The notes: generated by a model from the sequence alone, not told the origin. Shown: positions 20,524-31,599, counted from the first letter of the stretch. The stretch: DNA of 64,000 bases from Candidatus Methanomethylicia archaeon (GCA_038727515.1 JAVYVS010000004.1:1-64000), one strand, 5' to 3'. Numbers and translations: made by a program.

Positions 20524-21576
20524 TTAAACAAACCTTTCAGCAAGGATGGAGGCAATTTTCCTAGAAGCTCCGCCATCGCCGAACAGGCTTAAATCCCTTC
20601 CGCCTTCCGGCTTAAATTCCTTCATAGCCCTAACAATCTTCTCCTTATCCACACCTACCAGAATATTCCATCCGGACTCTACAGTTTCAACCCATTCAGT
20701 CATTTCCCGCAGGGTTATGCATGGTTTACCAATAAAATATGCCTCCTTCTGAACACCACCTGAATCGGTAGCAACCTTTTTAGCCCCACCCATAATATTT
20801 AGAAACTCCAAGTATCCAACAGGCTCCATAACCTCAACGTTTTCCGCCCTCAGAAACCACTCGAATCCATATTCCATAACACGTTTCCTCGTACGTGGGT
20901 GCATTGGGAAAATAATCCTCTCACCAGACTCAACTAAGGCCTCTAGAATAGCTTTAAGCCTTTTAGGATTATCGGTAGTCTCAGCCCTGTGAACTGTAAC
21001 GAGGATAAAGTCTTCATCCTTCACGCAAAACCTATTTCTAAAGCTTAAGAACAAGTCGAGCATAACATCCCCAGTGAAGTAAACACCTTCAGCAATGCCC
21101 TCCCTATGCAGATTTTCAACAGCCCTCCTAGTAGGTGCAAATAGAAGATCAGAAATACGGTCTACAATAACCCTATTTATCTCCTCAGCCATATATTTCT
21201 CATAACTTCGGGCACCAGCCTCAACATGCGCAACTTCAATACCCAGCTTCACAGAAGCCAATGCACCAGCCAAAGTACTATTAGTATCACCGTAAACAAT
21301 AGTGATCTTGGGCTCCTCTTTCAATAGAACCTCTTCCACACGTTTAAGTATTTCACCAGTCTGGTATCCATGAGAACCTGAACCAACATTCAAATCATAA
21401 TCTGGCTCAGGAATATTCAACTCCTTAAAGAAAACCTTGCTAAGCTCATAATCATAATGCTGACCGGTATGAACAATCAATTGATCAAAAAACTTCTTCA
21501 ACGCATCATAAACCACAGACAACTTAATAAAGTTGGGCCTAGCCCCAACAACATGAACTATCAAGCTTTTATTCAT
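20524..21576 (-). CDS. wecB: UDP-N-acetylglucosamine 2-epimerase (non-hydrolysing)
   Basis: GARPNFIK, HTGQHYD, GDTNS, HVEAGARS, TDSGGVQKEA. Confidence 0.93.
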   Translation of the reverse strand: MNKSLIVHVVGARPNFIKLSVVYDALKKFFDQLIVHTGQHYDYELSKVFFKELNIPEPDYDLNVGSGSHGYQTGEILKRVEEVLLKEEPKITIVYGDTNSTLAGALASVKLGIEVAHVEAGARSYEKYMAEEINRVIVDRISDLLFAPTRRAVENLHREGIAEGVYFTGDVMLDLFLSFRNRFCVKDEDFILVTVHRAETTDNPKRLKAILEALVESGERIIFPMHPRTRKRVMEYGFEWFLRAENVEVMEPVGYLEFLNIMGGAKKVATDSGGVQKEAYFIGKPCITLREMTEWVETVESGWNILVGVDKEKIVRAMKEFKPEGGRDLSLFGDGGASRKIASILAERFV

Positions 21577-22565
21577 AAAAATTCATTTAAGGGGAATATT
21601 GTTAAAGCCATTTTCCATATATTGTCAGATCTATCCATAACAGCATAATAGAGGTACAGCTTATCGCCTATTATTATTGGACATGGCGTATCCAAGGCAA
21701 TTTCACTCCTTATTCCAGGAATTATCTGTTTCTTCTCTTTAGGTCCATCAATCAGAATAGTAAAGCTTTTAGGATTTCTAAAAAGTGGAGAAGAATCTAT
21801 GGCTAAACCTATGTACTGTTTATATGGAAAACCTACGGAATATGTAGAGGCCGCTGGTAGAAGATAATGACGGTTCCCCAAGCTGAAGTATCCTGGGCAG
21901 AAGAGTGATTCATTCCAAGAGCCCTTAGGTCCATTCAAATGTTGAAGGGAGCCGAGCCTGTATACTTCTATATTCTTAGGCGATTTAATCTTCAATTTTA
22001 AGATGCCGATTCTGCGTAGCCAGAAGGTAGGCGTAAACAAGTATTTGGGTCTAAGTATACGTTCCCAAGGCTTGTTTGAGACATTACTATAGTATAAAAT
22101 GAATTGGTCTTCATTTAATTTTACAATATTTGGGCCTAAGTCAATACTCATACCTTCCCATAACTCCTTTGGCTCTATGAGAACTCTTAGAAAATGAAAT
22201 GGCCCCTTCAAGTCATCTGAGTATGCTATGCAGATTCTACGACCCTTCCCATAGGGACTTCCAGCAAAAATCATGTAAACTGTGTTTTTAACTCTGAAAA
22301 CCACAGGGGTCACAGCCTCCCTATAATTGAATTCTTCGGGATTCAAAACAGGTTTTTTCAACTTATAAAAATTAATCCCATCCCGCGAGATTGCTAAACC
22401 TATGTAAGCCTTAGACCACCCTGGGTCATGTGATCCAGTATAAAACATAAAATATTCATTCGGTACTTCATTTATATCATGAAATACTGTGGCGAAAGTA
22501 GCTCCTCCAGAATCAAAGCTACCAATTTCTGAATCTAAGATAATGCCTTTATGTATTCTTTTCAT
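21573..22565 (-). CDS. Beta-propeller glycoside hydrolase/phosphorylase-like protein (GH43/GH130-like)
   Basis: Repeated blade motifs: YFMFYTG..IGLAISRDG, YMIFAG..ICIAYSDDL, LYLYYA. Confidence 0.6.
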   Translation of the reverse strand: MKRIHKGIILDSEIGSFDSGGATFATVFHDINEVPNEYFMFYTGSHDPGWSKAYIGLAISRDGINFYKLKKPVLNPEEFNYREAVTPVVFRVKNTVYMIFAGSPYGKGRRICIAYSDDLKGPFHFLRVLIEPKELWEGMSIDLGPNIVKLNEDQFILYYSNVSNKPWERILRPKYLFTPTFWLRRIGILKLKIKSPKNIEVYRLGSLQHLNGPKGSWNESLFCPGYFSLGNRHYLLPAASTYSVGFPYKQYIGLAIDSSPLFRNPKSFTILIDGPKEKKQIIPGIRSEIALDTPCPIIIGDKLYLYYAVMDRSDNIWKMALTIFPLNEFL

Positions 22566-22568
22566 CTT

Positions 22569-24389
22569 TTACTCATCTATGATATGCTGTGTTTTATGTT
22601 TAAGGATATAGATCAATACCTGTTTTACCGATTTAGCATAGCTGACATGAAAGTTTTCGGCTTGCAGTCTCTTGATGTTGTTGTTTGCAATCATGCACGG
22701 CATAACACCTGCCTGTAGTGAGGCTTTAATGTCTGAGATAGTATCGCCGATCATAATTGCTGATGAAGTTTCTACACCTCTTAATATCCTAGCAATCTGA
22801 TTAGCCCTTAAAACTTCGTCTTCTCTCCCTATGAAAAAGTCAATATAGTTTAATAAATTGAGTCTATTCAATGCTTCAGCGATGGCGTGTTTAGAGTTTT
22901 TAGAGACGACAACAAACCTGAAATTCAACCTTTTAAGACCTCTTACTAAGCTTATTAACTGATCATCTTGAACTATGTCTCTCACAGCTTCCAATTCATA
23001 AGCTTTTACTATCTCATTCATATAATTAAAACTTTTTTCATCTCCATTGATCTTAAATTTATAGAAGGCTTCTTGAATTCCTTCACCATTTTTTATCAAA
23101 TGTAGTTTTATCAGCTTATTTCTGATTGCATTCCATGGAACAGCTAGTGTAACTAATGTGCCGTCGAAGTCAAAAATCACTATTCTAATTTGAGGTAGGA
23201 TGACTCTAAATTCTTCATTAAAGTAGAATTCAGGAATAATATTCTTAACGAATGTACTTCGTAATATGGAAAAACCGGTAGCAAAAATTTTTTGCATACT
23301 ATTTATAGGATCATGAATGTGTAAATCTGAGAATAATGGGTTCTTAGGGAGGAGCCTTAAAGCAACTTCGACTAATGTTTTAAAGCCATATTTAGAGTAG
23401 GATGAAAAACCTTCTGACATCCATGAAAAGCACATATCTCTATAAGAAACTTTATCTGGTTTTTTACCCTCCAAGAAGAATTCTACGAAGTATCTAGGAA
23501 AATCTACCCCAGCCCTATAAGCTAATTCAAGACTGCCCCAGAATTTTGGGTTTATCTCAAGTAAATAGTATCGCCCTGTCTCCATTTCCTTCCTAAACTC
23601 AGCCATCAATACTCCGGTCCAGCTTAGACCCTTTATAATAGACCTACCTATTTTTAAAAGCTCTTCATCAAAGTATGAACAGGCTTTTACACTTGCACCT
23701 CCCAGCGGAGTTACCTCTAGAACTCTCCTATGCATAAACTCCGCTAAAGGTTCACCCTCATAGCTTAAACAAAAGTAGCCAGTCCCAAAGCCAGGAATAT
23801 ACTCTTGAAGAATTTTCTCTCCTTTTAAGCCATCAATTATGTTCATAAGCATATTTTGATTACTTACCAGCATAGGCTTGGAACCATCACTTAAACCCTT
23901 AAGAATAAGTGGAAATCCCATCTTCTTTATGAATTGCCTCACCACAGAATCCTTCTCAGAACCCTTTAAAACTATTGTTTTCGGATAATAGATACCCATT
24001 TTATCACATAAACCTTGAAGAGCCCACTTATTTGAAACATAACACATTTTCTCATAACTTTCAACTGGAACTATTGTGAATTTTCGAAGAAAATCTCTAT
24101 ATTTTGAAATAATCATGAAATCTATGAACCCTATTGGGACAATTATGTCAATGTCATATTTCTTAACGGCTCTAATGATCGAAGCTATGTAAGCATCCTC
24201 TGATATGTTGGGATTCATTACACTTACAATTCTATCTACATAACGCGATAAAGCTTCTGTAAAAAGAACATTAGAATCATTAACTATTCCAGCAACTATA
24301 TAAAAACCAGACTTCTTTAAAGATTCAATTACAGGATAGGCCTTTCTATAACTACAAGTAACAATAAAAACTTTCTTCATATTATTCAT
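22569..24389 (-). CDS. ATP-grasp ligase fused to a C-terminal HAD phosphatase
   Basis: LQEYIPG, MAEFR, LLEINPKFWGS; then VIFDFDGTL, VVSKN, MIGDTISD. Confidence 0.85.
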   Translation of the reverse strand: MNNMKKVFIVTCSYRKAYPVIESLKKSGFYIVAGIVNDSNVLFTEALSRYVDRIVSVMNPNISEDAYIASIIRAVKKYDIDIIVPIGFIDFMIISKYRDFLRKFTIVPVESYEKMCYVSNKWALQGLCDKMGIYYPKTIVLKGSEKDSVVRQFIKKMGFPLILKGLSDGSKPMLVSNQNMLMNIIDGLKGEKILQEYIPGFGTGYFCLSYEGEPLAEFMHRRVLEVTPLGGASVKACSYFDEELLKIGRSIIKGLSWTGVLMAEFRKEMETGRYYLLEINPKFWGSLELAYRAGVDFPRYFVEFFLEGKKPDKVSYRDMCFSWMSEGFSSYSKYGFKTLVEVALRLLPKNPLFSDLHIHDPINSMQKIFATGFSILRSTFVKNIIPEFYFNEEFRVILPQIRIVIFDFDGTLVTLAVPWNAIRNKLIKLHLIKNGEGIQEAFYKFKINGDEKSFNYMNEIVKAYELEAVRDIVQDDQLISLVRGLKRLNFRFVVVSKNSKHAIAEALNRLNLLNYIDFFIGREDEVLRANQIARILRGVETSSAIMIGDTISDIKASLQAGVMPCMIANNNIKRLQAENFHVSYAKSVKQVLIYILKHKTQHIIDE

Positions 24390-24688
24390 ATCGGGTACAA
24401 AGAAATATTACACAACGAGAAATATTTAGTGCACCTAGCCATGCCAGAAAGCTATCAATAAAACTTACAATCCTTGGTTGTAGATAAAGATAGGAAAAAG
24501 GTACTATAAGTGGAATAAATTTGAAAGGAAAACGCAAAATTTACCAATTGTTCAATTGTTTTAGAATCTGAAATTTTTCGAGAAAACCTTATACTACTAA
24601 TCTTTTAAAGAATTCGACCTAACATTAGAGGAGGATTCATATAAAGCCTGTAGAAAGCTTTTTCAATAATCCTCAAATTATAACACTT

Positions 24689-25370
24689 CTATGGAAGTAA
24701 TACCAGTGAATTAGATATTTGCGCCAATGAAAAGGAGAATTCGTATATGCCTGGCTGGGGATCAAAGTATACTTCAACGGAAGAGACTGCGAAATTCTCA
24801 GTAAAGTTACCGGTATGATCAAAATAGTAAAGGGGCAATGTGATTGTAATATCATGAAAAGATATTGGCAACTTAGCATATAGGTAGTTATGGCATCGTT
24901 CAATATTTACTCTAAAGTATGCAAATGCAGGCATCGATGAATTAACTCTATGAAGCTGCAAGATAAATAATGAGGTTGATAAATTAATAGGTTGCGGTTC
25001 ATTAAGTATCCAAACAAGAGACATGGATGATGCATTCAGGCGGTCTCGAATGCATATTTTAGAGGAAGTTTCTTGTAGCGAAGTAATCGAATAATCCATT
25101 ATAGCACCTTTTGGAAGAATATCAATCCATAAGTAACTTATGGATATGTTGGCTAAAGAATAAAAATTCTTTGACATTATTAAATTTTTAGTAAATGATC
25201 TTGAAATGAAGATCTGGTGCGAAGCCAGCGAATCTATAGTAAAAAAAAAAAACGATGGCAAAGTCAACTATTGCTGTAACTCCATTTTTCTTTATCATTT
25301 CTTTGAAGCTACTATACTTTGGTAGCTTTGTTTTAATCTCTTTTCGATAGCTTTCCATTTTGTCACTCAT
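24689..25370 (-). pseudogene. Membrane-anchored exported protein split at an A12 tract; possibly phase-variable
   Basis: ORF 25188-25370 (translationally coupled to the 1320-aa gene) and ORF 24689-25267 join in frame if the tract is 11 or 14 nt. Confidence 0.6.
25241..25252. repeat. A12 homopolymer (T12 on the coding strand)
   Basis: TAGT-AAAAAAAAAAAA-CGAT; the longest homopolymer noticed in the window. Confidence 0.95.
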
Positions 25371-28300
25371 GTTTTTTCACTCATAGTTGTCCTTGTCCTT
25401 CTCTCTATAATAACGTAAAAAAATATTCCTAATACAAAAAGTGCGTTAAAAGCCAGGTTGTAGGGCGATGTTAAGACTTCAACCCATGGAATAGTCGGTC
25501 GGGGGCTTTCAGCCAAGTTTAGAATTTTTCCGTCAGCTTGAAACATTGAGAATATCATGAGTGGACTGCTAATATACATAGAGTCAAATTTTACGTTACC
25601 TTGGATTTCAGCTTTCTGTTGGACGATGCCAGCTAGGGGGACGTAAGGAGTAGCATGAACGTCAAGCTGGTCAAAGGTAGTTATGCCTGAAACGTTTATC
25701 GAGGGTAACCTAGCATACAGCGATAGAGCTATTGTTTTGAATTTGAAAGAAATTGGCACATCGGAGTTATAAATAACATTTGTATCAGCAACTATCAAAG
25801 CCTTACCGTCAACACGAACTTCGCCTTCGATAGGATAACTTTCAGGTTTAATTAGCATATATGATTCTGAGGGAGAAATGAGTAATGTGGCATTTTTAAT
25901 TGTCAGGTTAATCTTGCCATATATTTCCATACATGTGGCTTCGTTAATTGGAAACGGTGAAATCGGTAAATTTATAGCTCCTTGTAGCATTAAAATGTCC
26001 GTGTCAACTTTTAAGTCACCTTTGATTTCTATGTCATTAAAAGTTGAGTTGTATGCTGGGAATAGGTTTACTTTCTGGACATACTTTTCCAAGGGTAAGA
26101 GCTCTTTAACTTTCTCTAAGAATTCTGGTTGAATTATCTCAGATCCTTTCCCAACGTTGATCGTTGGAAATAAATTTATGTAGAGCACTTTTCCTGAGTT
26201 AATGTTTTTTATAGACAAAAGAGGGGACGAGCTGTTTATTCCTAATAAATTGGCAAAAAATCCATTTCCATACGTGTTAAGAACTACTAACATGTGTCCA
26301 GTTGAAACCCAGTTAAGAAGACCATTAACCGAAGTTGGTGGATCGGAAGTCAGTAGAATACACATGTAATTTGAGAGGTATGTAGGAAGATTTTGCATTA
26401 TTACATCATCCACATAAAGCACTGAATATTTTGAGTGAAGAAGAGACGCGAATAGTGCTGGTAAGATAGCATCCTTTGGAAAGGGACTCTGTGAAATTTC
26501 TATATAGTCGATTTGTGCAGAAGCTGATTGTCCAGACGATGCTTTATCTGTTGTTTCAACAATTAACTCAATTCTCGAAATAACTTGATCATCTGGTAAA
26601 TTGTAGGATCTTGTAGTGAAAGTTTTATCCGTCATATGTGCTTTGTAGAAGAAGACCTCATTCGAAGCGTTTCGTAGTTGAATTGTGAACCATGTATAAT
26701 CGTTGTCTACTTTATATCGGAATGATAGAACAGAATCTTTGGTTTTTAAGGCGAGAGGAAGCGAGTAACTGACCCAAATGTTTCCAGATTGATTGGAGGT
26801 TACTGATATTTTCATTATTCCATTTCTTACCTCTGATGTGTAATTTTTAACATTACCATATTGTCGATATGGACACCATCCTTTGGTGAATGAATAGTCG
26901 ACCCAAGTGGTGTTCTCCAGCTTCCGAAAAGAAGGTGAGAAGTCTAGAACTCCAAAAGAGGCTTGGGAGGATGGAGCAGTTAAAGCTGGAACTTCATATA
27001 TAGTCGCATAGCCATTTTTTAAAACTTGTGGAAAGTACTTAATAATAGAATTTAATGTACTAAATTTTAGCAATTCGACATCTTCTCGCGCTACATAAAT
27101 GTACTTTATGTTAGACAAACTGAAAACGTAAATTATGATATATGGGTTTGAAGTTGAAAGCAGAAGTTTAGACCAGCGTTGGGCATCTTGCACGGCATTT
27201 ATACCTGCAAAGTTTCTCAATCTATTGGCAGAGTGAGTGGTGAAAGTGAGAACACTTACGTTAGATAGGATATTTTGCCGAATATAGTCAAGAGCATCTA
27301 ATTCATCTTGTGATATTCCGTTAAAGATAGAATAATATGAGGCGTTAACGTAGAATAAAGCAGTGCTCAACATTCCAGAAATCATAAGAAAGCCCAGAAG
27401 AACACACACAATTATCGTGCGCTTAGGTGATCTTCTTACTTTGTCTATGATATTTATAACGCCATGTGCAGCCATTATGCAAGCTCCTACAAATGCTATA
27501 GTCCCCCATCGGTAAGCAGGATAAAAAGGATAATAGTTAGCCCATTGTTCTAATGCGAATCCGATCGGAATTAATAACAAAAAGAAGAACAAACGCCTAT
27601 CCCTTACAATTTTACTGAAATAAATAAAGATAGAAATTATGGCAAGTAAACCTACTGCACCAAATCTTAAGGGAAAGACGAAGAAAGGTGTAAAACTGTA
27701 GCCGCCCCATGTCCAAAGATTAAAATCTTTTTCAATCGTGAGCCAAATTACAAAAAAGAAAACATAAATGTAAATTAGAGCCCACCTACCATATTGCCAG
27801 CTTTTTCCTAACTTTTCCAAGAGAGATGTTCTAAGGTTCATTGAAAAAAGAAATGCATACCTATCCTTTACTAATTCTGCAACGCTTATCACTACAGCTA
27901 GAATGAGGGAAATAATAAAGTGAAGAGAAAGCCCCTCACCAGCAGATGATACATATATCTGAACCTGAGCAACTAAATCCACTAGGACCACTACACCTAG
28001 ACCTAAAACTATGTAAGGACCTATTTTCACACTATTGCTTTTTCTTAAGAATAGTGCGTAAATGAAAGCGATTATTATGAAAATGATGACTTCGGGCATG
28101 TGACCCATGTATCCAAGAGCCACTAAGGCCGGTATTATTGTGGCTCTAATTAGGTTAGAACTATTTTTATTTAGAAAATATAGAAGCGTGAAAAAAACAG
28201 GTAATCCTATATTACATATTGGGGCAACAATATCAGGTATGTAAATGATACGCATGTAAATGTCATATGTTTTAAAAGTTGTAGTATACAAAAGATGGAT

Positions 28301-29329
28301 AATATCATAAGCAGGATGTGTAAACTTTAGATATAACGCATATAACCCTCCGAAACCTAGAAGAATTGAAAGCGTGATAGCTACCAAAAGCAATCTGTTG
28401 TCTTGGTCCTCACTAAACCATGCCTTAATTGATGAATAGAACGCGAGAATTGGCATGAAGTTCAAAATATACAAGCCTTGCTCGGCAAGTGCTAGAGGAA
28501 TGCCGGATAAAATAAATAGAACATATAGGTAAATTGCAAATAAGTATCCTCCAGGATAAATGATCATCTTTCCACCATATACTGGGAACCCTTCAGAGAT
28601 ATCTAAAGCAATTCCATGAAATCTTTGCATATCGCCGGATGTTAATGGTAAATTGCCAATCATTGTTATAACTGAACCTACCGTAATCACAGTTAATATG
28701 AATAAGATGAGCTTGAGCTCAATCCAGTTTACTCTTAACGGGTGAATTCTAGTTCTTTTACGATTCGTAAGATAATAAATAACAATGAGGATTATATTAG
28801 TCGTAACTATTATTGGCAATCCTAATGAACCCAGAGAATTCGCTGATAATAAGATGAAAAATCCTGCAAGAAATGTTATGAAGAGGCTTACAAGATAGGA
28901 TAAAATTATGATGATGCCAGTGTCTAAAACATTGTTTCTATCTAATGTTTTTAGTAAGAAATATCCCGGAAGGAAACTTGTTAGAAGTAGAGAAGATAAA
29001 TATCTTAACCAATTTAGTGGTGGGATCTTCATATACTCAAGCATGGAACCACTATAGGCTGGAACAAATAGAACGGCAAACACGAATAACATCGTTAGGG
29101 CATAAAGGAAGACATTATGGATCTGCACATGCGCAATCCTGAACGAAAATTCTTTATCTTTACTGCATAAAAGTACATATAAAAATATAAATGCGATTAA
29201 TGCAAATGGTGTTGCAAAATAGAGTATTTTTAGCTCTTTAAAGAAGTATGAGAAGAACAAAAAAGCTAGTAAAGTGATTACATAAAATGCCAACGAGTAA
29301 ATTGTGTAAAGCTTAATTCTTATTCTCAT
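25367..29329 (-). CDS. Large GT-C-like polytopic membrane protein with an extracellular carbohydrate-binding-like region and C-terminal anchor
   Basis: About 660 aa of TM helices with an LTSGDMQRFH loop, then DELDALDYIRQN and IKYIYV segments, beta-rich domains and a final TM helix. No WWDYG motif. Confidence 0.55.
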   Translation of the reverse strand: MRIRIKLYTIYSLAFYVITLLAFLFFSYFFKELKILYFATPFALIAFIFLYVLLCSKDKEFSFRIAHVQIHNVFLYALTMLFVFAVLFVPAYSGSMLEYMKIPPLNWLRYLSSLLLTSFLPGYFLLKTLDRNNVLDTGIIIILSYLVSLFITFLAGFFILLSANSLGSLGLPIIVTTNIILIVIYYLTNRKRTRIHPLRVNWIELKLILFILTVITVGSVITMIGNLPLTSGDMQRFHGIALDISEGFPVYGGKMIIYPGGYLFAIYLYVLFILSGIPLALAEQGLYILNFMPILAFYSSIKAWFSEDQDNRLLLVAITLSILLGFGGLYALYLKFTHPAYDIIHLLYTTTFKTYDIYMRIIYIPDIVAPICNIGLPVFFTLLYFLNKNSSNLIRATIIPALVALGYMGHMPEVIIFIIIAFIYALFLRKSNSVKIGPYIVLGLGVVVLVDLVAQVQIYVSSAGEGLSLHFIISLILAVVISVAELVKDRYAFLFSMNLRTSLLEKLGKSWQYGRWALIYIYVFFFVIWLTIEKDFNLWTWGGYSFTPFFVFPLRFGAVGLLAIISIFIYFSKIVRDRRLFFFLLLIPIGFALEQWANYYPFYPAYRWGTIAFVGACIMAAHGVINIIDKVRRSPKRTIIVCVLLGFLMISGMLSTALFYVNASYYSIFNGISQDELDALDYIRQNILSNVSVLTFTTHSANRLRNFAGINAVQDAQRWSKLLLSTSNPYIIIYVFSLSNIKYIYVAREDVELLKFSTLNSIIKYFPQVLKNGYATIYEVPALTAPSSQASFGVLDFSPSFRKLENTTWVDYSFTKGWCPYRQYGNVKNYTSEVRNGIMKISVTSNQSGNIWVSYSLPLALKTKDSVLSFRYKVDNDYTWFTIQLRNASNEVFFYKAHMTDKTFTTRSYNLPDDQVISRIELIVETTDKASSGQSASAQIDYIEISQSPFPKDAILPALFASLLHSKYSVLYVDDVIMQNLPTYLSNYMCILLTSDPPTSVNGLLNWVSTGHMLVVLNTYGNGFFANLLGINSSSPLLSIKNINSGKVLYINLFPTINVGKGSEIIQPEFLEKVKELLPLEKYVQKVNLFPAYNSTFNDIEIKGDLKVDTDILMLQGAINLPISPFPINEATCMEIYGKINLTIKNATLLISPSESYMLIKPESYPIEGEVRVDGKALIVADTNVIYNSDVPISFKFKTIALSLYARLPSINVSGITTFDQLDVHATPYVPLAGIVQQKAEIQGNVKFDSMYISSPLMIFSMFQADGKILNLAESPRPTIPWVEVLTSPYNLAFNALFVLGIFFYVIIERRTRTTMSEKT

Positions 29330-29511
29330 CCCTATATTCCTCCACCTTAAGCGCGTGCTCCAAACACTTTTGAAAAGGTCCAGAAAGCGATAAGAGTATT
29401 ACGAATAACATTGTTGATATAGCTGTATGAACTTTAATTATCAGTATCATCTGAGTCCTTAAGATAATGGAAGCTGCATGTCTGTTTTAGTCCTCAATTC
29501 ATTTAAATCCT

Positions 29512-30441
29512 TTACGGAGCTCCGGTATATCGCTTGATAGTGTTAAGTATAAACCTATATAGGATAGGGACTATATAAGCTATAATCGCCTTATACTTCC
29601 AAGGTTGATACTTAATTACTTTTAAAAATTGCTCTTTTGCTCCTTGAATATCTCCTTTCTGTAACAATGTTACACCACGTTTATAGTATAATGATGCTAA
29701 TTTCTTCGACACACTCTTTCTTAAGAATGGATAGTAAGTAATTGCTTTTTTAATGATTATAAACTCATCCTTTAGAACATCATTTATCTTGACCTTTGAT
29801 AACTGGAGCTCATGCTCCCGCTTCATGACTAAAGGCTTTTCTATAAAGCCGTTAATGTTAAATTCACCTGCTATTCTCAACCACATATCATGGTCAGAGA
29901 AGCCCACCATATTCTCATCAAAGAAGCCTACTCTGTAAAAACATTCCTTTTTAACAAGAACCGTTTCAAAGCCGATGAAATTCTCTAAAAACAGCTTCTC
30001 TATAAGTTTTTCACGAGAGGAGACCTTTGGAATTTCTGTATTCGTCACTCCTGTTATTTGTCCTTTAGCATTTATAAGAAAGTAATTTGAGCAAACTAGG
30101 TCTACATCTGGATGCTTTTCAAAAAATTTCACCTGTATTTCTAACTTATTAGATAACCATAAGTCATCCTGTCCTATGAAGCCAATTAAATCTCCGTCTG
30201 CCTCTTTTATCCCTCTATTTATCGCAGCCGAGAATCCCTTATGGCTTTGATAAATATAGTGGACACGTTTATCCTCTAAATAGGAGGCAATAACATCTCT
30301 GGAGCCATCTATCGATCCATCATCTATGATAATTAGTTCAAAATTCTCATAAGTTTGGGATAAAACACTTTTAACGGCTTGACCGATCCATCTAGCACCA
30401 TTATAGCAAGGTAGGATTACACTTACCTTATATGTCATCAT
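29512..30441 (-). CDS. Glycosyltransferase family 2 with a TPR-like C-terminus
   Basis: VSVILPCYNG, IIDDGS, GQDDLW, SDHDMWLR. Confidence 0.9.
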   Translation of the reverse strand: MMTYKVSVILPCYNGARWIGQAVKSVLSQTYENFELIIIDDGSIDGSRDVIASYLEDKRVHYIYQSHKGFSAAINRGIKEADGDLIGFIGQDDLWLSNKLEIQVKFFEKHPDVDLVCSNYFLINAKGQITGVTNTEIPKVSSREKLIEKLFLENFIGFETVLVKKECFYRVGFFDENMVGFSDHDMWLRIAGEFNINGFIEKPLVMKREHELQLSKVKINDVLKDEFIIIKKAITYYPFLRKSVSKKLASLYYKRGVTLLQKGDIQGAKEQFLKVIKYQPWKYKAIIAYIVPILYRFILNTIKRYTGAP

Positions 30442-30444
30442 TCA

Positions 30445-30709
30445 TCATATGCACGGCAATATTAGCATAAGGATATTTAATATCAACACGTGCGGAATGC
30501 CTTCAAGCTAGAATGTGGAACACAAGTTATAGATCCTGATGCCACTCCAAATATTAACTCCAGCTTGACTAATGCTCTTTGGGGGAAATATGCTAGCAAC
30601 ATAAACATCCACTCCCCTATTTTAAGATAATTTGTAAAAACTTATTTTAGTCCAAGCAGCATCAGGAAATGGACTTAGAGAACCTATGAAGAATACTACT
30701 CTTGGACAT
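30445..30709 (-). pseudogene. GT4 N-terminal remnant
   Basis: RVVFFIGSLSPFPDAAWTKISFYKLS*NRGVDVYVAS... with internal stops. Boundaries approximate. Confidence 0.5.
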
Positions 30710-31599
30710 TAAAATTTCTTTTTAATCCATTCTATGTATTTTTGCAGACCTTCAGTCAGCGTGGTTCTAGGCTCCCATTTCAACAATTTTCTTGCTTTTT
30801 CTATACTTATAATGGCCCCTTTAAAGTCCCCTGGTCTTGCTGGTTTATATTCTACGGTAATATTATTAAAGATTTTTTTCAATTCTCTGACTACACTATT
30901 TATTGTTATAAATTCTCTTCCAGCCAGATTTATGATTTGATTCTCAGCATTTTTATTTAATGCAGCTACATTTCCTTCTGCAAGATCTTCCACATATATG
31001 AAACATCTACCTTGATTTCCATCTCCAAATATTATCAAGGGTTCATTTTTTATAGCTCTTCTAACGAAGACAGCAATTGCCATATTAGACCTCATTCTTG
31101 GACCATAAGGGATATCGTATCTTAATATTGTGTACGGTAGTCCATAATGTTTATTCCATGAAATAAGTAGATATTCTTGTGCTATCTTAGTGGCAGTATA
31201 GATATGATCTGGCAATGGTATAGGTGTCTCCTCAGTTACTACTCCCTCAGTTTTACCATATACCCACGTTGTAGAAGCTAAGAGTACTCTTTCAACCTCC
31301 AATGACTGAGCAGCCTGTAATACATTCAATGTTCCAACATCGTTTACTTGAACGCACAATTCTGGCCTAGATAATGCCACGTTAACATCTGCTATTGCAC
31401 CTAAATGGAAAATATATTCAACATCTTTACAAGCTTTTAACAAGTCCTCTTTATTCAATAAATCTCCTTTAAACCATTCTACTTCATCTCTATGCGGTTT
31501 AATTAGATCAAATACTCGCACATCATATCCTTTTTCTAACAGCTTATCTACTATATGGCTACCTATGAATCCGGATCCTCCAGTTACCATGACCACCAT
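30709..31599 (-). CDS. NAD-dependent sugar epimerase/dehydratase
   Basis: TGGSGFIGSH, YTATK, YGPR. Confidence 0.9.
   Translation of the reverse strand: MVVMVTGGSGFIGSHIVDKLLEKGYDVRVFDLIKPHRDEVEWFKGDLLNKEDLLKACKDVEYIFHLGAIADVNVALSRPELCVQVNDVGTLNVLQAAQSLEVERVLLASTTWVYGKTEGVVTEETPIPLPDHIYTATKIAQEYLLISWNKHYGLPYTILRYDIPYGPRMRSNMAIAVFVRRAIKNEPLIIFGDGNQGRCFIYVEDLAEGNVAALNKNAENQIINLAGREFITINSVVRELKKIFNNITVEYKPARPGDFKGAIISIEKARKLLKWEPRTTLTEGLQKYIEWIKKKF

Noticed and set aside
25367-29329. Call as aglB oligosaccharyltransferase
   Set aside because: Lacks the WWDYG motif.
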